A stretch of 64,000 bases of DNA, from positions 1 through 64,000 of IMG/VR virus record IMGVR_UViG_3300042541_003876; one strand, written 5' to 3'. The position numbers and the translations under genes are program-made. Below the pieces are notes generated by a model. The model did no database searches, had not been told where the DNA came from, and was given only the letters and a program-made list of their open reading frames with translations. Each line of letters begins with the position of its first letter. Positions within the stretch are counted from its first letter, which is position 1. This document shows positions 28,654 to 39,300 of the stretch, piece after piece. Origin of the DNA: a virus.

Positions 28654-29296
28654 GCTACCAAAACTTCAAGTATTTTTAAATGGAGACAAAAAAACCGATG
28701 AAACTGATGCTACAAAAAACATTCATGTTATCGGTGGTCATGCTATTGTAAGCAATGACATTATTGCAATTGTTAATCTTCGTGAATATGTCAAACGAGA
28801 ATTAAAAATCAATGACGATAATGATTTGCAAGAGTTGTCCCAAATTATTGATTGGATGAATTATAAGTCATTCACAAAAGAATTTTGGAGCGAACTTACT
28901 TCCGAAAAAATTGTTTCATTATTAGATGATGGTTTGGAAATTACTCACCAGAGTTATACTAAACATCTGAATTATCTTGATAATGATGCAGATCCTGAAA
29001 GAGCTTATCAACTTACAAAAGATAATATCAATCGCAATGAAATTGAAATGTCAAGATTTGCATTATCAGGAGAGCATCTGAGTTTAATATCAAAAGGCTT
29101 TGCTTCTGAAATGAAAGGAGATAATCTCATTTTTAAATTGTCAGGAACAGGAAACGCGATCATGTTTTCTCTTCAGAGAAGAGATTATATATTTGGTGTT
29201 ATTCCTGAACATTTCGATTCATCAATGGACCTTGCCGCTTTCATTACTTCGGAAGGTTTGTTTGAGTTGCTTCGAGCAAAAGAATTTAATCAATAA
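28643..29296 (+). CDS. Hypothetical protein (probable start MNFKLP)
   Basis: ORF coupled to the previous gene; followed by a terminator. Confidence 0.7.
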   Translation: MNFKLPKLQVFLNGDKKTDETDATKNIHVIGGHAIVSNDIIAIVNLREYVKRELKINDDNDLQELSQIIDWMNYKSFTKEFWSELTSEKIVSLLDDGLEITHQSYTKHLNYLDNDADPERAYQLTKDNINRNEIEMSRFALSGEHLSLISKGFASEMKGDNLIFKLSGTGNAIMFSLQRRDYIFGVIPEHFDSSMDLAAFITSEGLFELLRAKEFNQ

Positions 29297-29302
29297 CTTT
29301 TA

Positions 29303-29331
29303 AAGGCGGTCTTAGTGCCGCCATTTTTTTT
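29303..29331 (+). terminator. Intrinsic terminator
   Basis: ggcggtc-ttag-tgccgcc followed by a T run. Confidence 0.6.
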
Positions 29332-29334
29332 ATT

Positions 29335-29994
29335 ATGGCAACTGAAATAAACATGACCGAAGTCTATTTTGAATGGTGGTTAAAAGAACTTCAAGCAAAA
29401 GGGTTGGTATTATATTATGAAAGAGAACCTCAAAGTTTTGTGTTGACGAATCCGGTTCAAATCTTTTACAATCAATTCAAAGCAACTAAAGAGATTATAA
29501 AATCTTTTGAATTATATTCACCATTAACATACACTCCTGATTATAAAGTAGTGATTTCCGAAAAACTAAAAAATAGATTATTCGGTGTTGTTTCAAAGGA
29601 ACAGCAGATTTTAGAAGATGAGGATTTTAACGAAATAGGTTCTGCTTATCAAAATACTATTTTCTATACTGAGTCGCTTCAAAAATCTAAAGATTATCCA
29701 GGTTGCTATGAAATATGGTTTGATGTAAAAGCACCGAATGCTGCATCAAATGTTAATCCTCGTTTAACATCTACCAGAGATTTTAAATACGTCTCTCGTT
29801 TGATGTTTGACACTCATGGAATAGTCGTTAATAAAGTCGTTCCTATTGGAATGAAAACGTGTTTATTTGGTAAAACATTTATGCCAAAAAGATATAGGTA
29901 CACGGATATTTCCGGACAGCTTAGAAAATTAAAAGATTATGAATCTGGCTTTCGTAATCTTGAACAGTATTTAGAAATCAAAAAAGTAATTTAA
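29335..29994 (+). CDS. PD-(D/E)xK nuclease / resolvase-like protein
   Basis: E...YYEREP..F.L, TYTPDYKV, WFDVK. Confidence 0.7.
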   Translation: MATEINMTEVYFEWWLKELQAKGLVLYYEREPQSFVLTNPVQIFYNQFKATKEIIKSFELYSPLTYTPDYKVVISEKLKNRLFGVVSKEQQILEDEDFNEIGSAYQNTIFYTESLQKSKDYPGCYEIWFDVKAPNAASNVNPRLTSTRDFKYVSRLMFDTHGIVVNKVVPIGMKTCLFGKTFMPKRYRYTDISGQLRKLKDYESGFRNLEQYLEIKKVI

Positions 29995-30012
29995 TTTTAA
30001 AAATCAAAAAAA

Positions 30013-30648
30013 ATGCAATTATCAAAAGTATTATTATTAGGACTTTCACACTTTTCAATTGATGTGAAACAAACAGAAACCAAAGTTACTGTGGTCTTTT
30101 CTCCAAAAACAACTGTTACCGATCCTGCGGTAAAAGATTTAAAACCATTAATTATTAACTTTGATTCTCCGGAAGAAATGGATGAGAAATTTGTGGAAAT
30201 GATTACTGGGCCAGTTCAAAAAACAGTTCAGTTGTTTACGGGTATCGAAGATTACGAAAAACAATTAGCAGCAACCGCCAAGAAAACCAAAGAAGCTGAT
30301 GCTGAGAAAAAAGCAAACAGTACCGCGGCGGCGAGTAAAAAAGCAGCAGATGCAAAGAAAAAAGAAGAGGTTGCAAAAGCAACTCCTACTTTAGAATTTA
30401 CTGAAGAAACTCCAGTGGAAAAACCTGCAGAAGTAGAAACTAAAAAAACAGCACCGGAATTAATCAAGGAAATATCTGATAAAAATAAAGCTGAAGTTCC
30501 GGTTGTTGAGGAAGCAAAAGTCGAAGAGGAAATCATTCAGACTCATTCTTACGACAATGAAGATGTTGTTGATGCAACAGACCAAGAGCAGGAAGAGGAA
30601 GAAAATCAAGAAGATTTATTTTCATCAGTTCCGGATTTATTTTCTTAA
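30013..30648 (+). CDS. PRTRC system protein E
   Basis: VTVVFSP...DPAVKDLKPLII..SPEEMDEKFVEMITGPV, followed by a K/A/E low-complexity tail. Confidence 0.8.
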   Translation: MQLSKVLLLGLSHFSIDVKQTETKVTVVFSPKTTVTDPAVKDLKPLIINFDSPEEMDEKFVEMITGPVQKTVQLFTGIEDYEKQLAATAKKTKEADAEKKANSTAAASKKAADAKKKEEVAKATPTLEFTEETPVEKPAEVETKKTAPELIKEISDKNKAEVPVVEEAKVEEEIIQTHSYDNEDVVDATDQEQEEEENQEDLFSSVPDLFS

Positions 30649-30666
30649 TCATTAAATATTTATAAA

Positions 30667-30888
30667 ATGGCTACAGTACAAGCAATTACCAGAAAGTTCT
30701 CATTAAAAGTAAATGGAAACACTATAGAGTTAGATGATCCAAATCCGGAATTATCTACAGACGAAGTAAAAGATATTTTGTCTAATCATTACCCTCAATT
30801 ATTAAATTCAACTATTAGTGACAAAGGTCTTTCAGATAACGGAGACCACACTTTTGAATTTATTACTGTTGCAGGAACAAAAGGATAA
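30667..30888 (+). CDS. PRTRC system protein C (prokaryotic ubiquitin-like protein)
   Basis: TRKF...LDDPNPELSTDEVKDILSNHYPQL...FEFITVAGTKG; C-terminal GTKG. Confidence 0.92.
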   Translation: MATVQAITRKFSLKVNGNTIELDDPNPELSTDEVKDILSNHYPQLLNSTISDKGLSDNGDHTFEFITVAGTKG

Positions 30889-30891
30889 AAT

Positions 30892-31095
30892 ATGAATGCA
30901 AAACAGTTTTTAAAATTCTGTAAAGAAAGAGGGGTCGGTAACGATCCCTCTTTTTCTATTGGAAAAGTAAAAAAAGAGAATTCCAATATTATAAACTTAA
31001 TGTCTTCAATATGCAAAACTCAAAAAAATCAATCGGAACACAACACATTCCAGGAGAAATTATACCAAGCAAAAACAAAAACTTTTTTGAGTTAA
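30892..31095 (+). CDS. Small hypothetical protein in the PRTRC operon
   Basis: 67-aa ORF between protein C and the next gene, a position seen in Bacteroidota PRTRC loci. Confidence 0.5.
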   Translation: MNAKQFLKFCKERGVGNDPSFSIGKVKKENSNIINLMSSICKTQKNQSEHNTFQEKLYQAKTKTFLS

Positions 31096-32084
31096 CATCT
31101 TTGTTACCTCGAATTATTGTTCAAAATCAAAATGAAAAGAGTTTTGAATGGTATGTTTCTTATTGCGAATTACTTATTAAGATTTTAGAAAACTATAATC
31201 TTTTAGACCAAGTTGATTTTGAATTTGTAGAATATGATTCTATAATAACATTAACAATAGAACTTGAACGAGTAGTACAACTTATTGAAGGCTGGACTGA
31301 TGATACATCTCGTCATGATTATTCAGATGAACTTGCTGTTTCGATATACACTGAAGATTTCAAAAACAAAAAATTAAAAAACGTAACATTAGGATTTCCG
31401 GATTTAAACCCAGATTACATTTATGTTTATTATATAACACAATTCCGAAAATTTAAAAGCCGAAAAATGAGAATCGGTTTTTGTCATTTTCTTCATCATT
31501 TTAAATACCTCACTCCATTACCATTATCTGATGATGCACTTTCCTATTACACTACTTTAGAAATGGAGTTAGATAATTATGAAGACTTTGATCCGGAAGA
31601 AATGCAAGATGACACTTTTGTTTCTGGTCTTTTTGATATGAAATCTTTACTTGAAACCAGAGAACCTATTTTGAAAAAAATATTTTCTGAGTTCAATGAA
31701 TATTCTATTTCTTATTATTCAGAGTTCCTAAGTTACAATCCTCGGGATCCAGAATTAAAAAAAGTCAAAGAATCAATAATTTTCTGTGTAGATAACTTAA
31801 AAGGTTTTCATGAAAAATACGGATGTTCTTTTTATGGTGCCGATGAAGGTGGGATTCACTTTGAAGAAATGTTTAGGATTTTTCCTGAAAAAAATGGAAT
31901 AGATGACTATGAAGTTGACAGTATTCAAATTAATGCTCAAAATGGAGTCTTACCATTAGAGTCTTTTTTAACATTTAACAAAACAACTATAAATTTCGAA
32001 AAAAGAGAAAAATCAAAAAAGATTTTTAATGAATTATTACATCACTTAATTGTAATTTCTGAATATTTTAATAAAGATGAATAA
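31011..32084 (+). CDS. PRTRC-associated acidic protein (protein F position)
   Basis: 357-aa acidic ORF between proteins C and B; assigned by synteny only. Confidence 0.55.
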   Translation: MQNSKKSIGTQHIPGEIIPSKNKNFFELTSLLPRIIVQNQNEKSFEWYVSYCELLIKILENYNLLDQVDFEFVEYDSIITLTIELERVVQLIEGWTDDTSRHDYSDELAVSIYTEDFKNKKLKNVTLGFPDLNPDYIYVYYITQFRKFKSRKMRIGFCHFLHHFKYLTPLPLSDDALSYYTTLEMELDNYEDFDPEEMQDDTFVSGLFDMKSLLETREPILKKIFSEFNEYSISYYSEFLSYNPRDPELKKVKESIIFCVDNLKGFHEKYGCSFYGADEGGIHFEEMFRIFPEKNGIDDYEVDSIQINAQNGVLPLESFLTFNKTTINFEKREKSKKIFNELLHHLIVISEYFNKDE

Positions 32085-32739
32085 GAAAAAAAAAGAAGAA
32101 AAAACAGACCTTATTGGGGTAATATCTGTTTACGAGAATTTAGTTTTATACCATTCAAATAAAAATGGAGAGCTGTCTGCCGGTAAACTTTTAGATAAAG
32201 AATCAATGAAAAAGATTTTTAAATTTTTACAGACAGGTTCAGATTTGGTTTCATACAAATTTGAAGGAATGGTTCCGGAAAATGTTTTAAAATACAATTC
32301 CGATAACGGTGATCTTTTGTTTTACACAAAACCTCAACGTCGCACAATGATATTCAAAAAAGACCTTCCTGTGCAAACTGCAGAATATAATTTGCCTTAT
32401 ATCTTATGGCAATATACAAATGGAAGTCTTAAAGTTTTTTCCTTAAAATCAAAACCTAAAAACGAAAAAGATATTTTATACAATGCCCCTTTCTTTAACA
32501 CTAATTCAAGCGGCCTTGTATGTATGGGAAATGTTAATTATAAAAACAATACTGGCAAATTCAATGGCTTTATGGACCAGCTTCAAGAATTGTTTTTTAA
32601 TTCAATTTTTAATGCAAGTCATAACAACAAAATGGCTACAGAAAACATCATTGATGTTTATGAAAAAGCAAAATCAAAAGATTTTAACTGGAATGAATAT
32701 TTGGTTAAATCATCATATACTTTAAAAAACGTATTATGA
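32077..32739 (+). CDS. PRTRC system protein B (prokaryotic E2 family D)
   Basis: GMVPENVL, LFYTKPQRR, LYNAPFFNTNSSGLVCMG, FFNSIF. Confidence 0.88.
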   Translation: MNKKKKEEKTDLIGVISVYENLVLYHSNKNGELSAGKLLDKESMKKIFKFLQTGSDLVSYKFEGMVPENVLKYNSDNGDLLFYTKPQRRTMIFKKDLPVQTAEYNLPYILWQYTNGSLKVFSLKSKPKNEKDILYNAPFFNTNSSGLVCMGNVNYKNNTGKFNGFMDQLQELFFNSIFNASHNNKMATENIIDVYEKAKSKDFNWNEYLVKSSYTLKNVL

Positions 32740-33464
32740 GTTACAAAATAAATGGATATTTACAAAATCCAAACCATGCAATTACTGTTGATGTAGTTGG
32801 TTGTGGCGGTACCGGTTCTTTTGTTCTTTCAAGATTAGCAAGATTAAACTATGCTCTTAAAGCAATGAATCATCCCGGACTCCATGTGAAAGCTTACGAT
32901 GATGATAAAGTAGAATCTCATAATGTTGGTAGGCAAAATTTCTACGAAACGGATGTTAACGATTACAAATCAACAAATATTATTGAGAAATGTAATATGG
33001 CTTACGGAACAACTTGGGAAGCTTTTAGAAAAAAACACGATGCAAAAATAAATTCAAATATTTTGTTTTGTTGCGTTGATAATGTTCAATTCAGAAAAGA
33101 AATCTATGATCGTGGTAAAATAAAAATTACTAATCATACAATGTATAATCAAGGATTGTATTTGTTTGATTGTGGAAATGGAAAAGATTTTGGCCAAGTC
33201 ATAGTTTCGGAACTATTTGATTCTAATTTAAAAGACACCATTGATTTCTTTCCGGAAATGATGTCTCAAGACAATGAAAAAACTCAGGGAACTAAAGGTT
33301 GCAGTTATGCAGAAAAACTTCAAGAACAGAGTTTATTTATTAATGATTTTATTTCTGCAGAAGCTTGCAATTTATTTTTTGTGATGCTTACGTCAAAAAC
33401 AATTGATTACCAAGGCGTGATTATCAATCAGAACAATTTTAAAAAACAACCGTTAAAAATTTAA
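32736..33464 (+). CDS. PRTRC system ThiF family protein (E1-like adenylyltransferase)
   Basis: VVGCGGTGS, YDDDKVESHNVGRQ, CCVDN, DCGN..FGQV, GCSYAEKLQEQSLFIN. Confidence 0.92.
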   Translation: MSYKINGYLQNPNHAITVDVVGCGGTGSFVLSRLARLNYALKAMNHPGLHVKAYDDDKVESHNVGRQNFYETDVNDYKSTNIIEKCNMAYGTTWEAFRKKHDAKINSNILFCCVDNVQFRKEIYDRGKIKITNHTMYNQGLYLFDCGNGKDFGQVIVSELFDSNLKDTIDFFPEMMSQDNEKTQGTKGCSYAEKLQEQSLFINDFISAEACNLFFVMLTSKTIDYQGVIINQNNFKKQPLKI

Positions 33465-33466
33465 TC

Positions 33467-33688
33467 ATGAGTACATATGAAATTTTCTTTTGGTTAATGC
33501 TTTTCTTTTATTGGATACAACAATTTATTAATTCAAAAAATCGAAAGAAACAACAGAAACTTAATGCAGAAATATTGTCTTACAAAGACAGAACGATTGC
33601 TTCGTTGATTAGACAAAATCAATTGCAAGCTGCAAAAATTGATTTCCTTGAAAAGATCAGGAGATACCCTAACGCTAATTACAATTAA
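33467..33688 (+). CDS. Small membrane-anchored coiled-coil protein
   Basis: N-terminal hydrophobic segment. Confidence 0.6.
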   Translation: MSTYEIFFWLMLFFYWIQQFINSKNRKKQQKLNAEILSYKDRTIASLIRQNQLQAAKIDFLEKIRRYPNANYN

Positions 33689-33689
33689 A

Positions 33690-33860
33690 ATGTTTATCGT
33701 AATATTTAATATCGGAAGCCGTGACGTCACATTGATGACAAATAACCATGGATTTATTGAAGAGTTTTATGACTATGAAACCGCTGTACAACATGCTAAA
33801 GAATGGTTAGACGAAGACCAGTTCAGAAAATTTGAAGTATTTGAAAAATCAAAAAATTAA
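33690..33860 (+). CDS. Small hypothetical protein (probable start MFIVIF)
   Basis: Starts 1 nt after the previous stop. Confidence 0.55.
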   Translation: MFIVIFNIGSRDVTLMTNNHGFIEEFYDYETAVQHAKEWLDEDQFRKFEVFEKSKN

Positions 33861-33864
33861 AAAT

Positions 33865-34320
33865 ATGTTACTAATCGAAGACAAAAGAGAGCGATACGTC
33901 GTTGATAAAAAGAATTTCAAGGGAAATGTTCAATCAATCCTTTACGGTCAAAAATGCCCATACAGCGGAAAGACTGAACGGGAATATTTATCACAAGGAT
34001 TTGTGATTTATGATTCGTGGGATTTGTTTTACGATGAAATGGTAAATCCTTATTTACTTTCCTTACAAGGTGAGTGGGTTGAAATTTCAGAAGAGCGATA
34101 CGATGATATGCTAAATTGCTTACCACCGATGCGCTGGAGAAACATTGCTTCCGGAATAAATTGTTTTGCAATGTGTGAAGGATTAACCTATGATTTGCAT
34201 TCATTTTATTTACAAGTTACCGACGGAAAATCTGTAAAGTATTACACCGCTGTTCGCAGGATTCGTGAAAAAGATTCAGTGATTGCAGCAGATATTATTA
34301 ATCAATTGAAACTAGGGTAA
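33865..34320 (+). CDS. DUF1419-like protein
   Basis: WVEISEERYDDMLNCLPP...FAMCE motif. Confidence 0.65.
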   Translation: MLLIEDKRERYVVDKKNFKGNVQSILYGQKCPYSGKTEREYLSQGFVIYDSWDLFYDEMVNPYLLSLQGEWVEISEERYDDMLNCLPPMRWRNIASGINCFAMCEGLTYDLHSFYLQVTDGKSVKYYTAVRRIREKDSVIAADIINQLKLG

Positions 34321-34559
34321 TGAGAGCAATTGATATTAATAATGACGATTTATATGAATACAAAAAAGATCGTCAAAGAACAAAACAACGACTTCAACAG
34401 CTTATTGATTTAGGTTGTGAAGAAATTGGCGTTTTTTCTTTTGGAATTAAAGATGTTTTTTCCGGATTGTATATCGAAAAAGTTTGGAGTTATTCTGAAA
34501 AAGACTGGAATGATTATATGGATTTTACTAATAAACTAATTAAAAACAGCAAAAAATAA
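34320..34559 (+). CDS. Hypothetical protein
   Basis: Coupled ORF (TAATG). Confidence 0.65.
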   Translation: MRAIDINNDDLYEYKKDRQRTKQRLQQLIDLGCEEIGVFSFGIKDVFSGLYIEKVWSYSEKDWNDYMDFTNKLIKNSKK

Positions 34560-35083
34560 TGGAATTTACAATAGAGCAATTTAAAGCAATGAATAAAGGA
34601 AACGAAAATCTTGGCGCTTACTTCGGTGAGTGGACTCCTGAACTTGGATTTCCCTTTTCTTTTAACGAAAAAAAAGTTCAGGAAAATTTTGAACTTTTTA
34701 AAGAAATGCAGAAGTCAAGATTTGTTATAAATCCTTCACCTATTCATCCGCGTAATGGCGATGTTATTCATTTGCCAAATAACAAAATGGTTTATATCTG
34801 TCATGTTTGGGATACCAATGTACAGACTACACAAGGTGGTTCATTTTCGCTTCATTCAGCGGGTGGGATGTCTTACTCAGGTGGATTAGATTCAGGTCTT
34901 AAAATAGAAGATTTGGTAGAATCAGATGAGCAGGATTTTTGTATCTGCTGGTTTCCGGAAGGTGGAAGACTGCGAGCTCATTCTGCGCTTTTTGCGAAAA
35001 TCAAAGTTCGTGTTTGGAAAGTAAAAGAAGATGCCGACCTTTCCGGTGTTTGGAAAAGTAAAGAACGTAAAACAGAAAATTAA
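34559..35083 (+). CDS. DUF4121-like protein
   Basis: PRNGDVI...GGSFSL..GGMSYSGGLD...CWF....RAH. Confidence 0.6.
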   Translation: MEFTIEQFKAMNKGNENLGAYFGEWTPELGFPFSFNEKKVQENFELFKEMQKSRFVINPSPIHPRNGDVIHLPNNKMVYICHVWDTNVQTTQGGSFSLHSAGGMSYSGGLDSGLKIEDLVESDEQDFCICWFPEGGRLRAHSALFAKIKVRVWKVKEDADLSGVWKSKERKTEN

Positions 35084-35097
35084 ATAAATTTTAAATT

Positions 35098-35334
35098 ATG
35101 GATGCAAAAACAGCAAGACAAATAGCCGAAAAAACAAAATCAAGTGCTATTAACAAAAGCTTTGATGAAATAATGACTAATATTTTACGTGACAGTAAAC
35201 AAGGTCATTTTGAAAGTCATTACTACAAATCAATACCTTTTGAGACTACCGTTAAATTGGAAGAATTAGGCTATAAAGTTTCTAAACCTTTACAATCCGG
35301 GCCAAATGAAATGTGCGTAACTATTAAATGGTAA
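35098..35334 (+). CDS. Hypothetical protein
   Basis: 78-aa ORF with the common phage pattern LEELGYKV...IKW. Confidence 0.7.
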   Translation: MDAKTARQIAEKTKSSAINKSFDEIMTNILRDSKQGHFESHYYKSIPFETTVKLEELGYKVSKPLQSGPNEMCVTIKW

Positions 35335-35337
35335 ATT

Positions 35338-35766
35338 ATGAAAAAGCAATTAACAAAAGATAACAATCATCTTTACTTCTGGGTTAATAATGAAGAATTG
35401 TTTGAAACCTATCAAACTATCAGAGGTCGAAGATGGAGATTAATTATGCCTGTTTTGGGTATGAAAAATATTGAGAAATGTTCTGAAGAGGATATCGAAA
35501 TGATTGAAATGATTTATGTCAATATTTACAATCTTGAAGGTAGATTTCAATTTTATCTGCAAATGGTAAAATTGGATAAAGACAAAATTTCAGTGCATCA
35601 GTACGAAGAAACCCGAAGAGCATTTTTCGGAGCATGCGGGATTATTATGGATATTTTCAAAAATAGAATTCCTGAAGAAACAGATGAAAATGCATTTAAT
35701 ATAATGACCAATTTAGAAAATCAAATAAAGAATTTTTTTATTGACCAGGATAACAATTTTAATTAA
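35338..35766 (+). CDS. Hypothetical protein
   Basis: QYEETRRAFFGAC motif, seen in small phage proteins. Confidence 0.7.
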   Translation: MKKQLTKDNNHLYFWVNNEELFETYQTIRGRRWRLIMPVLGMKNIEKCSEEDIEMIEMIYVNIYNLEGRFQFYLQMVKLDKDKISVHQYEETRRAFFGACGIIMDIFKNRIPEETDENAFNIMTNLENQIKNFFIDQDNNFN

Positions 35767-35771
35767 TAATT

Positions 35772-36038
35772 ATGAATACAAAATATAATACTAAAAAAAA
35801 ACTAAAGAAATTAAAAAAACAAATTGTAGAAAATTCTGCAATTTTTGTAGGTTATGATTGTTCAATACTGGAAAATTTACCAAGTTATTCTTTATTACAA
35901 GCTATAAAAGAAATTTCTATACATCGATTTATTAAAGAAAAAACTGATGAATCAGAAAGCATGAATATAGTAGTAACAGAATCTGTAAAAGCAATGAGTT
36001 ATCAGGACTTTAAAAAAGTTTCAGATTTTTTTATTTAA
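35772..36038 (+). CDS. Hypothetical protein
   Basis: Last plus-strand ORF before the convergence point. Confidence 0.55.
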   Translation: MNTKYNTKKKLKKLKKQIVENSAIFVGYDCSILENLPSYSLLQAIKEISIHRFIKEKTDESESMNIVVTESVKAMSYQDFKKVSDFFI

Positions 36039-36292
36039 TCATCTACACCATAACCGTGTTGAGAAAGCAATTCAATCTCAATCTCACCGATGCTTTCTTT
36101 AGCATTGAGATTGAGATTTTTTTTAAAAGTTTCTTTTTTACGTCGGATCATATCAGGAATAGAATAACCTTTTATTATTACATCATTGATTTTTCTTTTA
36201 CGAGAAACAGTGGTTACACGACCTGTTTTCTCTTTAATTTCTAAAGTGATATTGGCTATATAAATAGGTACATTAAATTTTTGCATAGACAA
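36035..36292 (-). CDS. Small basic hypothetical protein (start uncertain)
   Basis: 85-aa ORF; TATATTTG -7 element at about 36290-36297. Confidence 0.6.
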   Translation of the reverse strand: MSMQKFNVPIYIANITLEIKEKTGRVTTVSRKRKINDVIIKGYSIPDMIRRKKETFKKNLNLNAKESIGEIEIELLSQHGYGVDD

Positions 36293-36298
36293 ATATAT

Positions 36299-36338
36299 AA
36301 AAAACCACTTTTATTGTGAAATAAAAGTGGTTTTTTTT
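36299..36338. terminator. Terminator downstream of the virion RNAP gene
   Basis: aaaaaaccacttttatt-gtga-aataaaagtggtttttttt. Confidence 0.8.
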
Positions 36339-36376
36339 AAAATCAAAAATGATACTAATTATATGGCTGGTCAAAT

Positions 36377-39300
36377 TTAAAACATATTATTCAAAGCTGC
36401 AACCGGTGCCGGAACAAGTTTTCCTGCAAGCCTGTCTGAATTCAATATCAAATGACTATCCGAAATTAATTTATCAATAGCAGGATTGTCTGTAAATGTA
36501 TTTACTGCTGCCAAAGAAGAAACTAATCCCATTGTCACCAATGCTGAATTTAATTTTTTTCTTTCATTAGAGTCAAGGTTTTTGTAATAATTTACAAAAG
36601 TTTTAGGAGTCCATTCACCACGATATCCTTTCTGAATTGTTTCAAGCAAAGCAGTATAAGTTCCTATGGTAACATTTCCATAACGGTCAATGTCTTTTTT
36701 GCCAAATAAAGTATTGAACATTGTTGGAATGTACCTATTAAACTGCATCATTGCTCTTCCCCATGAATACATTTGAATCATTCTTTGATCAGTTGGTTGA
36801 TAACCTCTGCCATGAACTGCTTTAATTTGATCTTCATAAAGAGTCAATTTATTTGAATTAATTGGATTTCCATTTTTTAAAGTTTCCCATTCTTCATCTT
36901 GAAGTTTACCTAAAAAATGTACACCTTGAATCCATTTCTCACTCCATGTCATTGGAAACAAAGCAATATTCATTAGATTTTTTTCTACTGAATTTTTGTT
37001 ATCCATATTGACATCATCGTAGATATTAATATCCATGAATCCAGCAGTTTTCAATACCGCCATGGATTCCCGAATTCCCTTAAAAGGATCGGTGATATCA
37101 AACTTCCCACTTTTTCCCATCCAAAATCTTTTTTCTCCTTTTAGCCAATCGGTACCACCAGCTTCTACAACATTGTTGAATTTACCAATCAGCACATTTC
37201 CCACTGCATAAACTCCGGCACCCATTGCTAAACCCTTCCATCCAAGCCAATAAACTAAACTTCCTTTGGTGATATAATCAACGACTTTATCCGATGTAAT
37301 TCCCATTGCTTCCAATGCAGGAATATTAGGAATTGAACTTTGTTTTTGACCGCCAATAAAATATTGTTTCCAAACTTTGTTTACATAATCTGATACATTT
37401 TTATCTCCATTAGCATCTGCTTGTGCAAGAATTCCGTCAATAACTGGAACCATTTTTTTAAAGCCTTGAAAATTTTCATTTCCATGCTGGAATAATGTAG
37501 CATGAGCATAATCAACAAAAGATTTGTTTAAATCCAGCGAAGGAAAGTCTGCGGACTTCACACTCCTTCCACTTGCAAACCTATCCATAAACACATCACC
37601 TAAAGCCCCGCCGATTTCGATAGGGCTTTGGAATATTGGTGAACCGTCTTGGTTGATTCCTTTTTTATTTAAAACAATTGCTTTTCGTTTTAACTTTATA
37701 TAATCTAAAGCGTGCCGGTTACTCCGGTTTGGGCCTGCCGATAATCCATTGTAGATGTCAGTGATTTCTTTGAATGAAACTCCTTTCATTAACATGGCGT
37801 TGACAGGATTTATGATATCCATTTTAACATCGTTGATTTTTTCATCAACTGTTTTGGCATTTACCATCAATCCAAGCAATCCCCTTCTTGATAATATTTC
37901 CCAGTTTGCAGGAGCAACGTGCGGTATATAATCTTTCCTTCCTGATTTCCCTTCTGGCAAAGCAAATCCTTTTAAAGCATCAGTCGTTGCACGTGAAATA
38001 TTGTAGAAATTATATTGAGCATCGGAAATACTTCCGGCTTTATGTTCTCTCTCTACAACCTCTCTTGGTTTATACCTCATTTCATTGTAAGAATTCCCTT
38101 CATTATCTTTTTCAATAATAATCATCAAAGGCCCATAAAGTTTTTGGTAAATTTCCTGTTTGTTTCCAAACAAATTTGTCTCAACATTTTTGATGTAATT
38201 TTTAATATTACCTGAAATTCCTTTACCGCCGTAAGGCTCATAACCTAACTGTTCTTTGTATAAAGCATTGGTAGCATCATTAATTTTACCGACAATTTTA
38301 CTTCTTTCATTCAAAAAGTTTTTATACTCTCCTTCCATTCGGCGAACTAAGTTTTGTACAGCTGGGTGATTACTGGGAACATTTCCGGTCATGAAATATT
38401 TCTGCAAAATAGAAATATCATTTCCGTCATATTCGCGACCCGTTAACATTGTTTGGTCAGTGGCTGCTCTCGTAGCTAATTCTTTTATGATTGGTGCCAC
38501 AATTTCAGCATAAGCAAATTTATTCCGGTTTCCAAAACCAACTCCATTTCCATATTTATTTCCGATATCATCACGAGAATCATAAAGCTTCAGTAATTCA
38601 TCATTACTCATTGTTTTTACTGAATCAGTATTAATGATCGATTTTAATTTATCGGCTTCCATTTTATTACTGACATATGCCTGATGCATGGAAATTTTAC
38701 GGTTTTCAGAAAACTCTTTAGAATACTCCATAACCTGATCATATTCGTCTTTGTTCATCAGGCGAGCAAAATTCCAGTAATCTCCCCGCATTTCACGTCC
38801 ATCTGACAGTTTACTCATATCCAATGGTCTTGCAGTAGATTCATTAAAAATACGGTCATTTATGCCTGTTTCCAGCGTTGCAGGATTTTTAATGGTGATG
38901 TAATCCAAATTAGGATTTGCATTGTATTTACCAGCGTAACTTTTTGAAATCAACCTATGAATTGTCGGCAATAATGTATTGCTGTAATATTCTTTAGTGC
39001 TTGAACTTTCTTTATCCAGTTTCAGCTGAGCTCTCGTGTCTTTATCAATCCCTTGGAATTTTTGAATTAAGTCTTTTCCAGATTTGTCTTTTGTTCGGAA
39101 AATAAACGGGTCACCTTTCATAAATGAAGCCATTAAACTTTCATTGTTTACAGACAATTCGGGATTCAAATTTCTTTCACCATTTCTGCCGTAGGAAAAT
39201 ACATTGTCATAGCTTCTGAATAAATCAGGGTTATTAAAAATGGCTTTGTTTTTTAATTGCTGCAACTGAACATCTGTAGCTTTATTTTCTTTTGACATTA

